A stretch of DNA of 64,000 bases from Escherichia coli (GTDB lineage: Bacteria > Pseudomonadota > Gammaproteobacteria > Enterobacterales > Enterobacteriaceae): NCBI GenBank assembly GCA_902500055.1, contig GCA_902500055.1_4131.1, one strand, 5' to 3'. A program made the translations under genes and the position numbers. The first letter of the stretch is position 1. Each line of letters begins with the position of its first letter. The notes under the pieces were generated by a model, which had not been told where the DNA came from, ran no database searches, and was given only the letters and a program-made list of their open reading frames with translations. Of the stretch, positions 44,527-54,229 are shown piece by piece.

Positions 44527-44889
44527 TTATTTCCTCATACCCAAACGTTGGTGGATTTCAGAGATCTTTATATACAATAGTACCACAAGGTGCAGTACTA
44601 AACAACATATAATTACGGCTAATACCAATGAACATATCATAAGACCGAAGGTTATTGTATTCAAAGAGGATGTGAACAGTCCAATTATTAATACAATAAA
44701 ACCAAAATTGAATACTGTACCCAACACAGTATATGCTGGACTATATCTCTTTTGGATTACATCATATATATTTGATAATGGTCGCTTATGGAAGTACTTC
44801 CCAATGCACACGAATGCATTCAGTGAGAAGATAAATGTATACGCCATTACTAGTAATTGACCAACGAAAGATAATTCTATCCCGTTCAT
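44527..44889 (-). CDS. family D small polytopic membrane protein
   Basis: ORF track; start trimmed to Met22; hydrophobic helices. Confidence 0.6.
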   Translation of the reverse strand: MNGIELSFVGQLLVMAYTFIFSLNAFVCIGKYFHKRPLSNIYDVIQKRYSPAYTVLGTVFNFGFIVLIIGLFTSSLNTITFGLMICSLVLAVIICCLVLHLVVLLYIKISEIHQRLGMRK

Positions 44890-44890
44890 A

Positions 44891-45259
44891 CTAACCTCGT
44901 TTACGTTTTTTAATTGTACTGTGCATCTTTTCGAAATAGGGAACCAAAACATATTGAACAGTTTGCCAGATAACCATTAGATTATGCACTGCACCACCAA
45001 GGATACCAAACACTAGAACAATAATTGCCATAATAGGATCACCGTCTACCATACCCCATTTAAAGATATGTAAAATCCAAGCAATGACTAGACAAAATAA
45101 ACTAAGCCAATACGTAATGAAAAATCCGGCTTGTAGTTCATAATCATCAGCAATTTCATCGTATACCGTTTCTAAAAATGATACACAAAAGAATTTACCA
45201 ATTATAACCACAGTACTAATAAACAACATAGCAGTTAAGATAATAAGAGCAATTTCCAT
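44891..45259 (-). CDS. family D small polytopic membrane protein
   Basis: ORF track 122 aa; C-terminal basic tail KKRKRG. Confidence 0.6.
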   Translation of the reverse strand: MEIALIILTAMLFISTVVIIGKFFCVSFLETVYDEIADDYELQAGFFITYWLSLFCLVIAWILHIFKWGMVDGDPIMAIIVLVFGILGGAVHNLMVIWQTVQYVLVPYFEKMHSTIKKRKRG

Positions 45260-45573
45260 TACATCCCTCGTTTACGCTTTTGATTGCGTCTAAATTCTGT
45301 TAGTCCACGGCTAATCGGCGGCATCAGACTACATAAAAAAGTAACAGTTGTTGGTAGTAACATCAAGTCAATCATTGCAGTGTTATCTGGTGGATCAAAA
45401 ACCAAAAAATACACACAAGAAACACTAATAATGGTTGAACCGATAAAAGGAATACAAAATTCTTTTATCTGTTTTTCAACATAATCAAACATCTTGAGTA
45501 CAAATAAAAATCCAACCCAACACATAATGAAATAGAATGAATACAACGTGTAAATCAATGTTACTATATCCAT
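45259..45573 (-). CDS. family D small polytopic membrane protein
   Basis: ORF track 104 aa; C-terminal tail RRNQKRKRGM. Confidence 0.6.
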   Translation of the reverse strand: MDIVTLIYTLYSFYFIMCWVGFLFVLKMFDYVEKQIKEFCIPFIGSTIISVSCVYFLVFDPPDNTAMIDLMLLPTTVTFLCSLMPPISRGLTEFRRNQKRKRGM

Positions 45574-45911
45574 TAGTACCTCGCATCAGGAACTTTAGCA
45601 CGTAACTTATGAACGACTGGGAACAACAACAAACTTACATATGCAATAGTTGAACCCCAATAGAATACTAATACAATTGGTTCACCATTAGAACGGAAAC
45701 CTCTACTAATCATTGAGTAGTGAATAATAGGCATAATCATCGCCATACCAAACCATGCGTGTAATTTTAATTGCAGCATGTTATCAGCGATGAATACTGA
45801 AATTGGTCGTTTAAAGAACCACATCAGAAAGTAGAATCCAGCACTAATAATATAGTACATGGTACTAACTTTCATATACCACGGCAGTAAATCAATAAAG
45901 TACTCCATCAT
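45573..45911 (-). CDS. family D small polytopic membrane protein
   Basis: ORF track 112 aa; FFKRP after TM, C-terminal KVPDARY. Confidence 0.6.
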   Translation of the reverse strand: MMEYFIDLLPWYMKVSTMYYIISAGFYFLMWFFKRPISVFIADNMLQLKLHAWFGMAMIMPIIHYSMISRGFRSNGEPIVLVFYWGSTIAYVSLLLFPVVHKLRAKVPDARY

Positions 45912-46255
45912 TCCTCCGGTATCTTATTTCGAAGTTCAATCATAACACAACAAATTTTAATGGTCAATATAAAAGTTAAACATATCATCCCAAGTGTGCC
46001 GTAAACTGCGGAAAAAGCTGGTAGTACCTTTCCTGTGAGTGTTGCTACAATACATGCAATCAATGTTGATGCAAACAACGATTGATTAATGGCAGAATTC
46101 ATAAAATCTTCACCATTACGTTTATAGAATTGTCGTTTAAAATACCATCCTAGAAACATAACTACCCAAAATGATACATAAGTTGTTAGAATAATCCCTG
46201 CAAGTGAATGTGCAACTGAACTACTCCTTAAAAACTCAAGATAAGCTTCAAACAT
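45908..46255 (-). CDS. family D small polytopic membrane protein
   Basis: ORF track 115 aa; YFKRQ, C-terminal RNKIPEE. Confidence 0.6.
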   Translation of the reverse strand: MFEAYLEFLRSSSVAHSLAGIILTTYVSFWVVMFLGWYFKRQFYKRNGEDFMNSAINQSLFASTLIACIVATLTGKVLPAFSAVYGTLGMICLTFILTIKICCVMIELRNKIPEE

Positions 46256-46593
46256 TAGAAGTCTCCGCGAATTTTATCTCTACCATGAATAATGAGATGG
46301 ATTAAGTATACAACTAACCAAATGAACAACCCAAAGAATACAATATATTGTGAGATTGAGTTCAAGTGAGGATTGGCACAATAAATTAAGTGTGCCATAA
46401 GACCAACAATTGCAAACAAACCTTGAACTAGTGTGTAAAGAACTAGTGATGAATTCCTTACTGGATACAGTTTAAAAACAATTTTCTTTTTAAAATACCA
46501 CAGTACTACAACCAGTGCATGATAAAAGAAAAAACCAAACAGATAAATCAAAGTAATACTAATCATTGTATCTGAATTAAAAAACTCAAGCAT
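46255..46593 (-). CDS. family D small polytopic membrane protein
   Basis: ORF track 112 aa; YFKKK after TM. Confidence 0.6.
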   Translation of the reverse strand: MLEFFNSDTMISITLIYLFGFFFYHALVVVLWYFKKKIVFKLYPVRNSSLVLYTLVQGLFAIVGLMAHLIYCANPHLNSISQYIVFFGLFIWLVVYLIHLIIHGRDKIRGDF

Positions 46594-46660
46594 ATCGTAT
46601 CTCCGGTGGTGAATATTAAGTTATAGTACTACCATAGTGTAGTACTGTCAATACATGTAA

Positions 46661-47434
46661 TTAAATTTTCTCAAGGAACATATTCTCTGCCATTGATTCC
46701 CAATCGTATGGGAATTTATTATACAAACCAGCGATCAGTACTGGCATACGCAGTGATGGACTACGCAAACGTTCTTCGTTGTTCAGCATCCAATTCAGGA
46801 TTGCTTTACAACCATTTTTGTTAACACCATTGTTTTCAAGGATGTTAGTTTTGTTCATGATGTTCTCAATGTGAATCATCACTTCTTCGTTGGTGAACAG
46901 TTGCAGGTCAACAAAGATACTACGAGTGATCAGTGCATCGATGTGTGGTGCTAAGCTGCTTTTACCTTTAGCAATCTGTGACAGGTTTTTGTTAGTCAGA
47001 AAGATTACTTTACCACGGAATTCAAACTGCTTAGGGATACCCTGCTGTTCCAGGTACTTAGCAGAAGTCGCGTAAGAAACTACACGCTTCTCTGACGTAT
47101 CCAACACAGCTTTAAGCAAATCAATATTAGTCTCGTCAGAGAAGATATCAACGTCATCAAGTAACAGTACTGATGCGGCATGACGTGAACGATACAGTGC
47201 TTCGTACAGACCCAAAGTAGTTACTTTACCACTGATTTTCTTGTAGTCGATTTCAAAGTTATCATCAGCTTTCTGTAACCGTTGGTCAACGTTATAAGTT
47301 TTACCAACACCACCTTTACCTGATACGATCAGAGAGTTGATAGAGTTAGCTTGTGTATCAAGAAGGCATTCCAGTGCAGCCATCATGCTATTGAAGTTTT
47401 TTTCGATTTGGATTGCTTTCTCTTGACGGGTCAT
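46661..47434 (-). CDS. P-loop ATPase with deviant Walker A (ParA/MinD-like)
   Basis: SGKGGVGKT Walker A and VLLLDDVD Walker B. Confidence 0.6.
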   Translation of the reverse strand: MTRQEKAIQIEKNFNSMMAALECLLDTQANSINSLIVSGKGGVGKTYNVDQRLQKADDNFEIDYKKISGKVTTLGLYEALYRSRHAASVLLLDDVDIFSDETNIDLLKAVLDTSEKRVVSYATSAKYLEQQGIPKQFEFRGKVIFLTNKNLSQIAKGKSSLAPHIDALITRSIFVDLQLFTNEEVMIHIENIMNKTNILENNGVNKNGCKAILNWMLNNEERLRSPSLRMPVLIAGLYNKFPYDWESMAENMFLEKI

Positions 47435-47469
47435 GGTTTGTCTCCTTCGTTTCGATATAGATATAATAG

Positions 47470-47505
47470 CAAAAGGGCCGACCTAAGTCAACCCTTTTTT
47501 TATTC
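47470..47505 (-). terminator. UNCG-type tetraloop terminator (bidirectional)
   Basis: GGGCCGACCTAAGTCAACCC with T-run. Confidence 0.45.
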
Positions 47506-47864
47506 TATTCTAACTCACTCATTGTGGTGATAGTTAATCCCATTTCTTCTGCAATGTTGCATAGCAAACCAACTGCATTGCGAAGAATATCAGTGTTATC
47601 CACCGAGAATGATGAGTTTTCATTTACAGTTGAAGACTCAATGTAGTACTCAAAATAACGAGAAGTTGAACGGACAACTTTAACACCTTCATACTTCTGT
47701 AGTTCAGAGTTGATACGCTCGATGAGCGAATCTTCCAGTACTCGATAGTCACCATTCATTCCACGTTTCCATCCATCAGCAGGACGGAAGTAAAACGTCT
47801 TGGTGCGTTGAACAGTACTAATTACCAGTGGATTCAGTTCAGTGATTTCAGATAAAGATGCCAT
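47505..47864 (-). CDS. hypothetical protein
   Basis: ORF track 119 aa. Confidence 0.55.
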   Translation of the reverse strand: MASLSEITELNPLVISTVQRTKTFYFRPADGWKRGMNGDYRVLEDSLIERINSELQKYEGVKVVRSTSRYFEYYIESSTVNENSSFSVDNTDILRNAVGLLCNIAEEMGLTITTMSELE

Positions 47865-47929
47865 TTCCGATTCCTCATTAGTTGGTGTACATACATAATA
47901 CAGTTAAATGAGTACGGTGTCAATACCTT

Positions 47930-48265
47930 TTACTCAACAATTCCCAACTTAACAATCTCATACCCATCGAGTTGCCCGTGGGGACACTCAGGTGTTTCAT
48001 AAGATGAACCATCATGGATGTCCTGGCATTGACTTTTGGAATTCTCAAGCAATCGTTGCAGTACTGATACGTCATCAAGAACGTAATACAAGTTAGCATA
48101 TAAGTCCGTTACAATACAGTACTCCAACATGTCAAATGTATCAATCGAAATTTCAACCTTAGCAAATCGTTTCTTTTCTTTATTATACAGTGCGTACATA
48201 TTAATCTCCATAATCAAGTTTAACCAACTTACCACACAGATACCCAAAGTTTTCTGGCTTCGCAT
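47930..48265 (-). CDS. hypothetical protein
   Basis: ORF track 111 aa (alternative start at Met19). Confidence 0.5.
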   Translation of the reverse strand: MRSQKTLGICVVSWLNLIMEINMYALYNKEKKRFAKVEISIDTFDMLEYCIVTDLYANLYYVLDDVSVLQRLLENSKSQCQDIHDGSSYETPECPHGQLDGYEIVKLGIVE

Positions 48266-48311
48266 CTGAATAGAAGAAGTCAGTACTTAACTCTGAATCC
48301 AATGCTAAAGC

Positions 48312-48572
48312 TCACAACTCCACCCAAAATAAACCCCTATGTTGTACTGGCTTACAACGTTTCTGTACAGTTACTAGTCCAGTACATGATGACCACAACG
48401 TAGGGCAGATACCACTATTACTACGCTTGGAGTACTGCATCCACGAACGTTCATTGAGGTTAGCTATCATCCCTGTTAAGAATAGCTTCCAACTTTTAAA
48501 GGTTGGAATCTTGATAGCATATTCCCCAATGAGTATGACAGTTCGTGTTGCACCTTTCAAATCTATATTCAT
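48312..48572 (-). CDS. hypothetical protein
   Basis: ORF track; start trimmed to Met17. Confidence 0.45.
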   Translation of the reverse strand: MNIDLKGATRTVILIGEYAIKIPTFKSWKLFLTGMIANLNERSWMQYSKRSNSGICPTLWSSCTGLVTVQKRCKPVQHRGLFWVEL

Positions 48573-48583
48573 ATTTTTTTTAA

Positions 48584-48835
48584 TTAGAAGAACACAAACC
48601 AAGTCCAGAATAAATTCCACACTACAAATAAAGACATAGTGGTTTTATGTACAATATCAGCAGTACTGGTCCATCCTCCACCGTGTCCTATTCCATTTAT
48701 GAATAGAACTAAGAACAAGATACCATTTACTACAATAGTACATAGTAAGTACACAAACACATTCCATGCAAGTTCAGGGGATACTAACGTAAATGGTAAA
48801 ACAATTAGTAGTATTAGAACTAATAAAATTTTCAT
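48584..48835 (-). CDS. small membrane protein
   Basis: ORF track 83 aa; two hydrophobic helices. Confidence 0.5.
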   Translation of the reverse strand: MKILLVLILLIVLPFTLVSPELAWNVFVYLLCTIVVNGILFLVLFINGIGHGGGWTSTADIVHKTTMSLFVVWNLFWTWFVFF

Positions 48836-48902
48836 TTATCGCCTCACTTAATTAACGTGACAATTAGTACGAATCAGATTCCCAGTACTCGATTGCTTCT
48901 TT

Positions 48903-49040
48903 CAGCAATTCTTTAGCACGTTGTTTTGCAATGCGAGCGGGAAACTGATATGTGTACATTAACTGACGCTTCACTTCATTCAGCGAAAGCTGTTCATGGT
49001 ACAGTGCATCCATCAGTCGATTACGAGTACGTAGTTTCAT
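48903..49040 (-). CDS. hypothetical small protein (45 aa)
   Basis: Manual translation MKLRTRNRLMDALYHEQ...; AAGGA RBS. Confidence 0.3.
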
Positions 49041-49051
49041 ATAAGTTATCC

Positions 49052-49606
49052 TTATTTCAAAGAATCATAGTAAGCAGTGTCAAAGATTGGAGTCATAATA
49101 ACATAGTCAATACGGTCAATGTAAGTTGAACTCCACATTTCTGGTTTGTCATATAACTGACGCTCGCGTTCATTCATACGAGTCAGTACTTCTTCCAATT
49201 TACTACGTGAAGCCATCAATGTATTACGCGATCCATAAGTGAAGTACTCAGTCCATTGATATTCATATTCAGTACTGATAGATTGAATAGTACCATCTTT
49301 GAAATGAGCTAATGCATAACCTTTCTCTACAAAGTTATCAGGTGGAAGAACACCATCTGGATTAGTTTTCAATGCTTTTTCTAACTTTTCTTTAATTTCA
49401 GTTAACGTGCATACTGAACGAATGTTCTTCAGGTTTGATACTTGAAAATCACTGTACTTTCCAAAGAAAAATACACGCCAATCTTTAGGTTCATTATCAG
49501 ATACGGTAACATCAGGATGATGGGCGAGTAAACGAAGAAGGCCAGCTTTGTGACCGTTAATGTAGATTTCATGGATGTGGTTAGCAGTTTTCTTAAAAGT
49601 AATCAT
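49052..49606 (-). CDS. hypothetical protein
   Basis: ORF track 184 aa. Confidence 0.6.
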   Translation of the reverse strand: MITFKKTANHIHEIYINGHKAGLLRLLAHHPDVTVSDNEPKDWRVFFFGKYSDFQVSNLKNIRSVCTLTEIKEKLEKALKTNPDGVLPPDNFVEKGYALAHFKDGTIQSISTEYEYQWTEYFTYGSRNTLMASRSKLEEVLTRMNERERQLYDKPEMWSSTYIDRIDYVIMTPIFDTAYYDSLK

Positions 49607-49682
49607 GGTAGTTCCTCGATTGTAGGGATGAGAAGTTCATCCCCTTGATAAGCATTATACAGTACTGAATGTGTTTGTCAAC

Positions 49683-50078
49683 TCAAAATAAATTCATTTC
49701 ATGTGCGTATTGTGGTTCAAGATAAGATAAGTTTTTGAAACTGTCTTTCAATTCCGCATCATCTACGTACACAGTACCAGGTACATTCCCCATAGTGAAG
49801 CCAACCCAAACAGTCATGTTTCCAGTTCCTAAGCGGGGCATTGATAGCGTCCCGTCAGGTGAAACATCAAACGCTACACTAAAGTCATCCGTTACAACTT
49901 CCGACCCATTTTCCAGAATAATACAACCACGTTCTTTAAGCTTCTGAATGTGGATAGCAGCCTCTACAGCACGTTTAAAGTTATAATAAGACTCTTTATC
50001 CTCGAACATTGATTGTTTAACCAGACGCTTGTTTAGCTCGGTTACTTTGTGCATTTGACGCATTACTTCAACTCCCAC
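49683..50078 (-). CDS. hypothetical protein
   Basis: ORF track 131 aa. Confidence 0.55.
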   Translation of the reverse strand: MGVEVMRQMHKVTELNKRLVKQSMFEDKESYYNFKRAVEAAIHIQKLKERGCIILENGSEVVTDDFSVAFDVSPDGTLSMPRLGTGNMTVWVGFTMGNVPGTVYVDDAELKDSFKNLSYLEPQYAHEMNLF

Positions 50079-50317
50079 AGTTGTAGAATTTCATAAGAGC
50101 CTGGTGGTGCTGGATTGATAATCTCAGGGTATTCAGTACTGTTAGGATTACCACCAGCATTGAACTCAGCAAGTAATAATTCGAGTTCATTCCTATCATG
50201 AACAACAAACACGCAATATCCAGTTCCTTCTTCAAGAACTGTAGTTGATCCCGCACAATCCCATACGGTATCAATACATAATAATTCTTTAGTGTTTTTA
50301 TTACGCAACGCAAACAT
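50063..50317 (-). CDS. hypothetical protein
   Basis: ORF track 84 aa; AGGAGA RBS; preferred over overlapping 50068-50481 frame. Confidence 0.55.
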   Translation of the reverse strand: MFALRNKNTKELLCIDTVWDCAGSTTVLEEGTGYCVFVVHDRNELELLLAEFNAGGNPNSTEYPEIINPAPPGSYEILQLWELK

Positions 50318-50326
50318 ATATGTCTC

Positions 50327-50695
50327 CTATCGATTCGGCATATTCTTTCGTAGTCGCAAGAGAAATTCAACCACTGACCATGTTGTAATGAAGGCAATAT
50401 AAGTTGCAAGGAATCCAGTAAGAATAAATGCAACCAGCGTACTACCATTTGGGGAATCAGTTTTAATGCCGATGACACCATCGGCTACAGTGAAACATGT
50501 AGCCATTAATGTGTAACCTACGTACAACACAAAGAAAAACTCATTCTCCATTGAAGGATAGAAACGGTTAAACACTTTATAAAATTTAAAGTACAGTAGG
50601 ATTATACCAACAAAGGCATAGAATGTAAACAGTGTTGTTATAATATATGAGATTAGGTTCAAATTATACATATCAACGCTCCGGTAGATTATCAC
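50327..50695 (-). CDS. family D small polytopic membrane protein
   Basis: ORF track 122 aa; C-terminal RLRKNMPNR. Confidence 0.6.
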   Translation of the reverse strand: MIIYRSVDMYNLNLISYIITTLFTFYAFVGIILLYFKFYKVFNRFYPSMENEFFFVLYVGYTLMATCFTVADGVIGIKTDSPNGSTLVAFILTGFLATYIAFITTWSVVEFLLRLRKNMPNR

Positions 50696-51020
50696 GTAAT
50701 GTTTTAATTCGATGATACATTTTCATACCAATATTACCAAAGATACCATATCCAAGTACTAAAATGTATGCAATAAGCATAGTAATAATTACTATAGTGC
50801 CAAAACTATAATGTACACTACTGATACCCATTGTAGTTTCAACGATTATTTGAGAAACTGAAAGAATCAAAAGTACAACTACAATTGGATGATTTGGGTA
50901 CATTCGGTTGAACAACGTTTTGTACTTAAAGAAGCACAGTACTCCACCGAATAAGAAGTAAACAATGTAAATGCAAGCAACAGCATAGGCAAACATGTTA
51001 GTGTAATAAATCATTTCCAA
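50673..51020 (-). CDS. family D small polytopic membrane protein
   Basis: ORF track 115 aa; C-terminal LRDNLPER. Confidence 0.6.
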   Translation of the reverse strand: MEMIYYTNMFAYAVACIYIVYFLFGGVLCFFKYKTLFNRMYPNHPIVVVLLILSVSQIIVETTMGISSVHYSFGTIVIITMLIAYILVLGYGIFGNIGMKMYHRIKTLRDNLPER

Positions 51021-51023
51021 TCC

Positions 51024-51362
51024 TTACTTTTCAGGGATATTAGAACGCCATATATCAATGCGATGAACTAGTCCAAAGAACAACCATACTGGAACGGCAG
51101 CTATCATAACAACAAATGAAAACCCAGTCAACACCGATACCAGATTTAATTCATCAGTACTATACCCACATATCAGTACTTCTAATATTCCCCACGTACA
51201 TGCACAAAACATCAAGAATGAAATTGGGGCATCATAGTAGATACGTTCATATAAAGTAGTATATCGGAAGAATGCAATAATATAGCAAAACATATAATAC
51301 ACCCAAACCAAAGATACTACATAAAATGATACTTTGTTTATTAATTCAAAATATTGTTCCAT
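51024..51362 (-). CDS. family D small polytopic membrane protein
   Basis: ORF track 112 aa; C-terminal WRSNIPEK. Confidence 0.6.
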   Translation of the reverse strand: MEQYFELINKVSFYVVSLVWVYYMFCYIIAFFRYTTLYERIYYDAPISFLMFCACTWGILEVLICGYSTDELNLVSVLTGFSFVVMIAAVPVWLFFGLVHRIDIWRSNIPEK

Positions 51363-51364
51363 TT

Positions 51365-51646
51365 TTACCCCAATATATATTCAGAGAGTAATGTATTAGC
51401 TTCATCTTTGTTCTTAAGGTAATACATGTAATATAGATTCGGTTCACCATCTTTAGAACTCAAATCGAAGTACTTTAAACTATGTACTTTCATAGTAAAA
51501 ACAAATAATGACTTAAAACCAATCTCACCGTACTTAATAAACAGTTCATCCAAATGAATGTAACTTTTTGATTTGGATAATTCTTTAACGTCTGCATCAA
51601 TTTCAGATAAAAGATGCTTACCTATTAAGTTTTCAAATGAACGCAT
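51365..51646 (-). CDS. hypothetical protein
   Basis: ORF track 93 aa. Confidence 0.5.
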   Translation of the reverse strand: MRSFENLIGKHLLSEIDADVKELSKSKSYIHLDELFIKYGEIGFKSLFVFTMKVHSLKYFDLSSKDGEPNLYYMYYLKNKDEANTLLSEYILG

Positions 51647-51707
51647 GATTTTATCCTTTACCGCAATTTTTATGGTTTATTAAGAATACACCAGAACATC
51701 AGTTCTG

Positions 51708-52349
51708 TCAATAAAAAACTGGATCTTCTTCAGTAACTGGTATTTCTCTACGTACATCACACGAAAGAGGATCAGTAATGAATACATTGCCATCTTTATC
51801 CATCATCACATTACTTGAATGAATGTCTGGTACAAAACGCCCGTGAAACTCTTTCATGATGTTAGCAGCGACCGTTGCAATAGCAATCTCTTCAGAATTT
51901 CCACGCATATCATTCACTGAAGTAGCGTACTGACCAGCATGTGCATAAGAATATAAATCTCCAATTTTAGTACTAACAAAGTCATCATAATTATTTTTTT
52001 GTTTAATTATAGGATAGTACTTGTCCATCTCATACCATCCAAAGTTTCCTTGTTCGTTGGCACTGTAGATCACTGGAAGAAACTTGGTTCCTGCGTTTTC
52101 AATGCAGTACTTTGCATAAGCACGAAAACCATCCCAGCGTGAAGTGGTTACTTTAAATGCACGTCCAGGATAGTTTTTATGTTCAACTACTACAGAGTAC
52201 ATCCCCATTCCAAGCAAAGTAAGTCCAGCAGCTTTAACTTGTGGAAAGATTACGCGTTCAGCATAAGGAATATCAAACTCCATCGCACAACGAGTTTTTG
52301 ATGGACGCAAAATGTCAATTAAAGTTTTGAATATGTCTTGCTTAGTCAT
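51708..52349 (-). CDS. protein-kinase-like phosphotransferase (putative)
   Basis: Gly-rich LGMGMYSVVV, AFKV lysine, catalytic DIHSSNVMMD, FITDP; start trimmed to Met12 with AGAGGA RBS. Confidence 0.5.
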   Translation of the reverse strand: MTKQDIFKTLIDILRPSKTRCAMEFDIPYAERVIFPQVKAAGLTLLGMGMYSVVVEHKNYPGRAFKVTTSRWDGFRAYAKYCIENAGTKFLPVIYSANEQGNFGWYEMDKYYPIIKQKNNYDDFVSTKIGDLYSYAHAGQYATSVNDMRGNSEEIAIATVAANIMKEFHGRFVPDIHSSNVMMDKDGNVFITDPLSCDVRREIPVTEEDPVFY

Positions 52350-52382
52350 TACTTTATCCTCTGTAGTTAATACCAACATCAT

Positions 52383-52420
52383 AACAAAAAAGGCTGACCG
52401 AAGTCAACCTTTTGTTTTAT
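52383..52420 (-). terminator. UUCG-tetraloop intrinsic terminator (bidirectional)
   Basis: Minus strand GGTTGACTTCGGTCAGCC followed by TTTTTTGTT. Confidence 0.6.
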
Positions 52421-53679
52421 CATTTACCGTATTTGCTCATGATATCCTTTTCCCAAGGAGTTACATTTCCATTTTCGTAATCACGGAAAGAGTCATCAAG
52501 TGTAGTCAATGCATAATCATATGCCTCACCGGATTCAACATCAATGTCAACAGCACCATTCACTACATCAGTCCACGCTTTTTGTAGTTTACGAGCGTTG
52601 TTACCAACTTTATCTTTAATCCAACTAAGATTTCGGTTTATACTCTTCTTATCAGCACCAGCTTTTTCACCAACATCTGCAACCCATTGCATTAATTTCT
52701 GTAGTTCGTTATGGGATTTTTCAGTCATTTGGCGGTCTTGTGACAGTTCAGCTTCCATGTCATCAATTTCTTCGTCTGAATGAACATCATTCTGTTCTAC
52801 TGCACCTTCTTCATCATCACGCATCAGATAACCATCTCGTGTAACCTTCTCACCATGATCAGCTTCATACTTTTTCATAGTATTGAATGCAGCATCCATT
52901 GCAGTTACAAAACGACTCTTTTCACCTTGTACATAAGATTTAAGTGCATCGTTAACTGCATCAGATACTAATTTAATCTTATCGTCTTTACCTTCCAGAC
53001 GGTTTTCTAACTTAGCTAGTACATTCTTAACTTGTTGAGCATTAGCACGGTCTTCTTTACCAATACTATCAAATGTTTTAAGTACGCTTTCAAGACTTAC
53101 TTCCTCTTGTGCAGGCACATCACCTTGTTGCGTACCTTCAAGTGCACGCATTATAGTACTGAATACTTCAGTTGGTTCAGTACTGGTATTTCCACTCATT
53201 GCATCAAGTACAGCTTGTGCTTTGACTTTTAATTCTTCTTTAGGTACAGATTGCAATTCTTTCACAATACCTTGGATAAGTTGTGGTTTATTAGCAAAAA
53301 TCTTACCTAACTTATCAGACAGTTCTTTGACAGGGTTAACCGCCTTTGGTGCTTCTTGTTTTGGTTCTTCTTTCGCAGGAGCAGACTTTTCTTTTTCTTC
53401 ACGTTCCATATCAGCTAGACGTTGTTTTTGTGTAGCATTAAGAAGTCCCAATGAATTAACATAACGTAGCTTTTCTAGCTCAGTCATGTTCTCAGTACTC
53501 TTAACTTCACCTGCTTCTGCGTTTGCCTTACCAGCAAGTCCCGTTCCTTGGTTTCTGGAACCACGTGAACCTTGTCCTGCTTGATAACTATTTTTGCGAC
53601 GATTTCGGTCGGCCCATTTATCCGAGTGTTGTACTAGTCCACCATTACGATGTTTCATATCCCCATTATCTTGTGGCAT
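52420..53679 (-). CDS. hypothetical acidic coiled-coil protein with basic N-terminus
   Basis: ORF track 419 aa; shares YVNSLGLL region with 55024-55407. Confidence 0.65.
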   Translation of the reverse strand: MPQDNGDMKHRNGGLVQHSDKWADRNRRKNSYQAGQGSRGSRNQGTGLAGKANAEAGEVKSTENMTELEKLRYVNSLGLLNATQKQRLADMEREEKEKSAPAKEEPKQEAPKAVNPVKELSDKLGKIFANKPQLIQGIVKELQSVPKEELKVKAQAVLDAMSGNTSTEPTEVFSTIMRALEGTQQGDVPAQEEVSLESVLKTFDSIGKEDRANAQQVKNVLAKLENRLEGKDDKIKLVSDAVNDALKSYVQGEKSRFVTAMDAAFNTMKKYEADHGEKVTRDGYLMRDDEEGAVEQNDVHSDEEIDDMEAELSQDRQMTEKSHNELQKLMQWVADVGEKAGADKKSINRNLSWIKDKVGNNARKLQKAWTDVVNGAVDIDVESGEAYDYALTTLDDSFRDYENGNVTPWEKDIMSKYGK

Positions 53680-53683
53680 ATTT

Positions 53684-54226
53684 TTAATCCTCTATCCATG
53701 TTTGATTGTATAAAATACGACGTATTGTTTTTTTACATACACGGTATTTATTACAATTTTCTCGTGCATATTCTATCACATCATTATAATTATCATTATA
53801 ATCTTTTCTTATTTCTCTTACAATTTCCCATGTCAACACAGCAGCACCACGATTAGTTGTTGCGTTACCATGTGAATAAGAATATAGTACGTTTTCAGAT
53901 GCTGTGTTCCATTCCAAATTCAAATAGTGATTGTTACTTCTATTACAATCTTTATGGTTTATGTGAACAACTTTTTTCTTTGTTCTACTCGCCCACTGTA
54001 ACTGTTTCTGTGTGGGTGGTGGTAAAAATGCTTCAGCTACTAGTCGATGAATCGCCTTTCTATTTTTCACAGAATTGCGATACAAATCGACCTTCACATA
54101 CCCATCTTTATTTTTAAATCCACAACTTATATATCCAGTTTGTTCGTTTCTTACTCTTCCATGATCAGAAATTGAATAGTCATAATCAGGAATTAATTTC
54201 CAACGTTCCATGTTTATTTCTTCCAT
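53684..54226 (-). CDS. HNH homing endonuclease
   Basis: N-terminal WKLIPDY...YSISDHGRVRN, HRLVAEAF, HINH.D..R.NN...NLEW. Confidence 0.75.
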   Translation of the reverse strand: MEEINMERWKLIPDYDYSISDHGRVRNEQTGYISCGFKNKDGYVKVDLYRNSVKNRKAIHRLVAEAFLPPPTQKQLQWASRTKKKVVHINHKDCNRSNNHYLNLEWNTASENVLYSYSHGNATTNRGAAVLTWEIVREIRKDYNDNYNDVIEYARENCNKYRVCKKTIRRILYNQTWIED

Positions 54227-54229
54227 TAT

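Noticed and set aside
50068-50481. 137 aa minus-strand ORF overlapping 50063-50317 and 50327-50695
   Set aside because: Leu-rich, random-looking composition with no RBS; it overlaps two better-supported genes in other frames.
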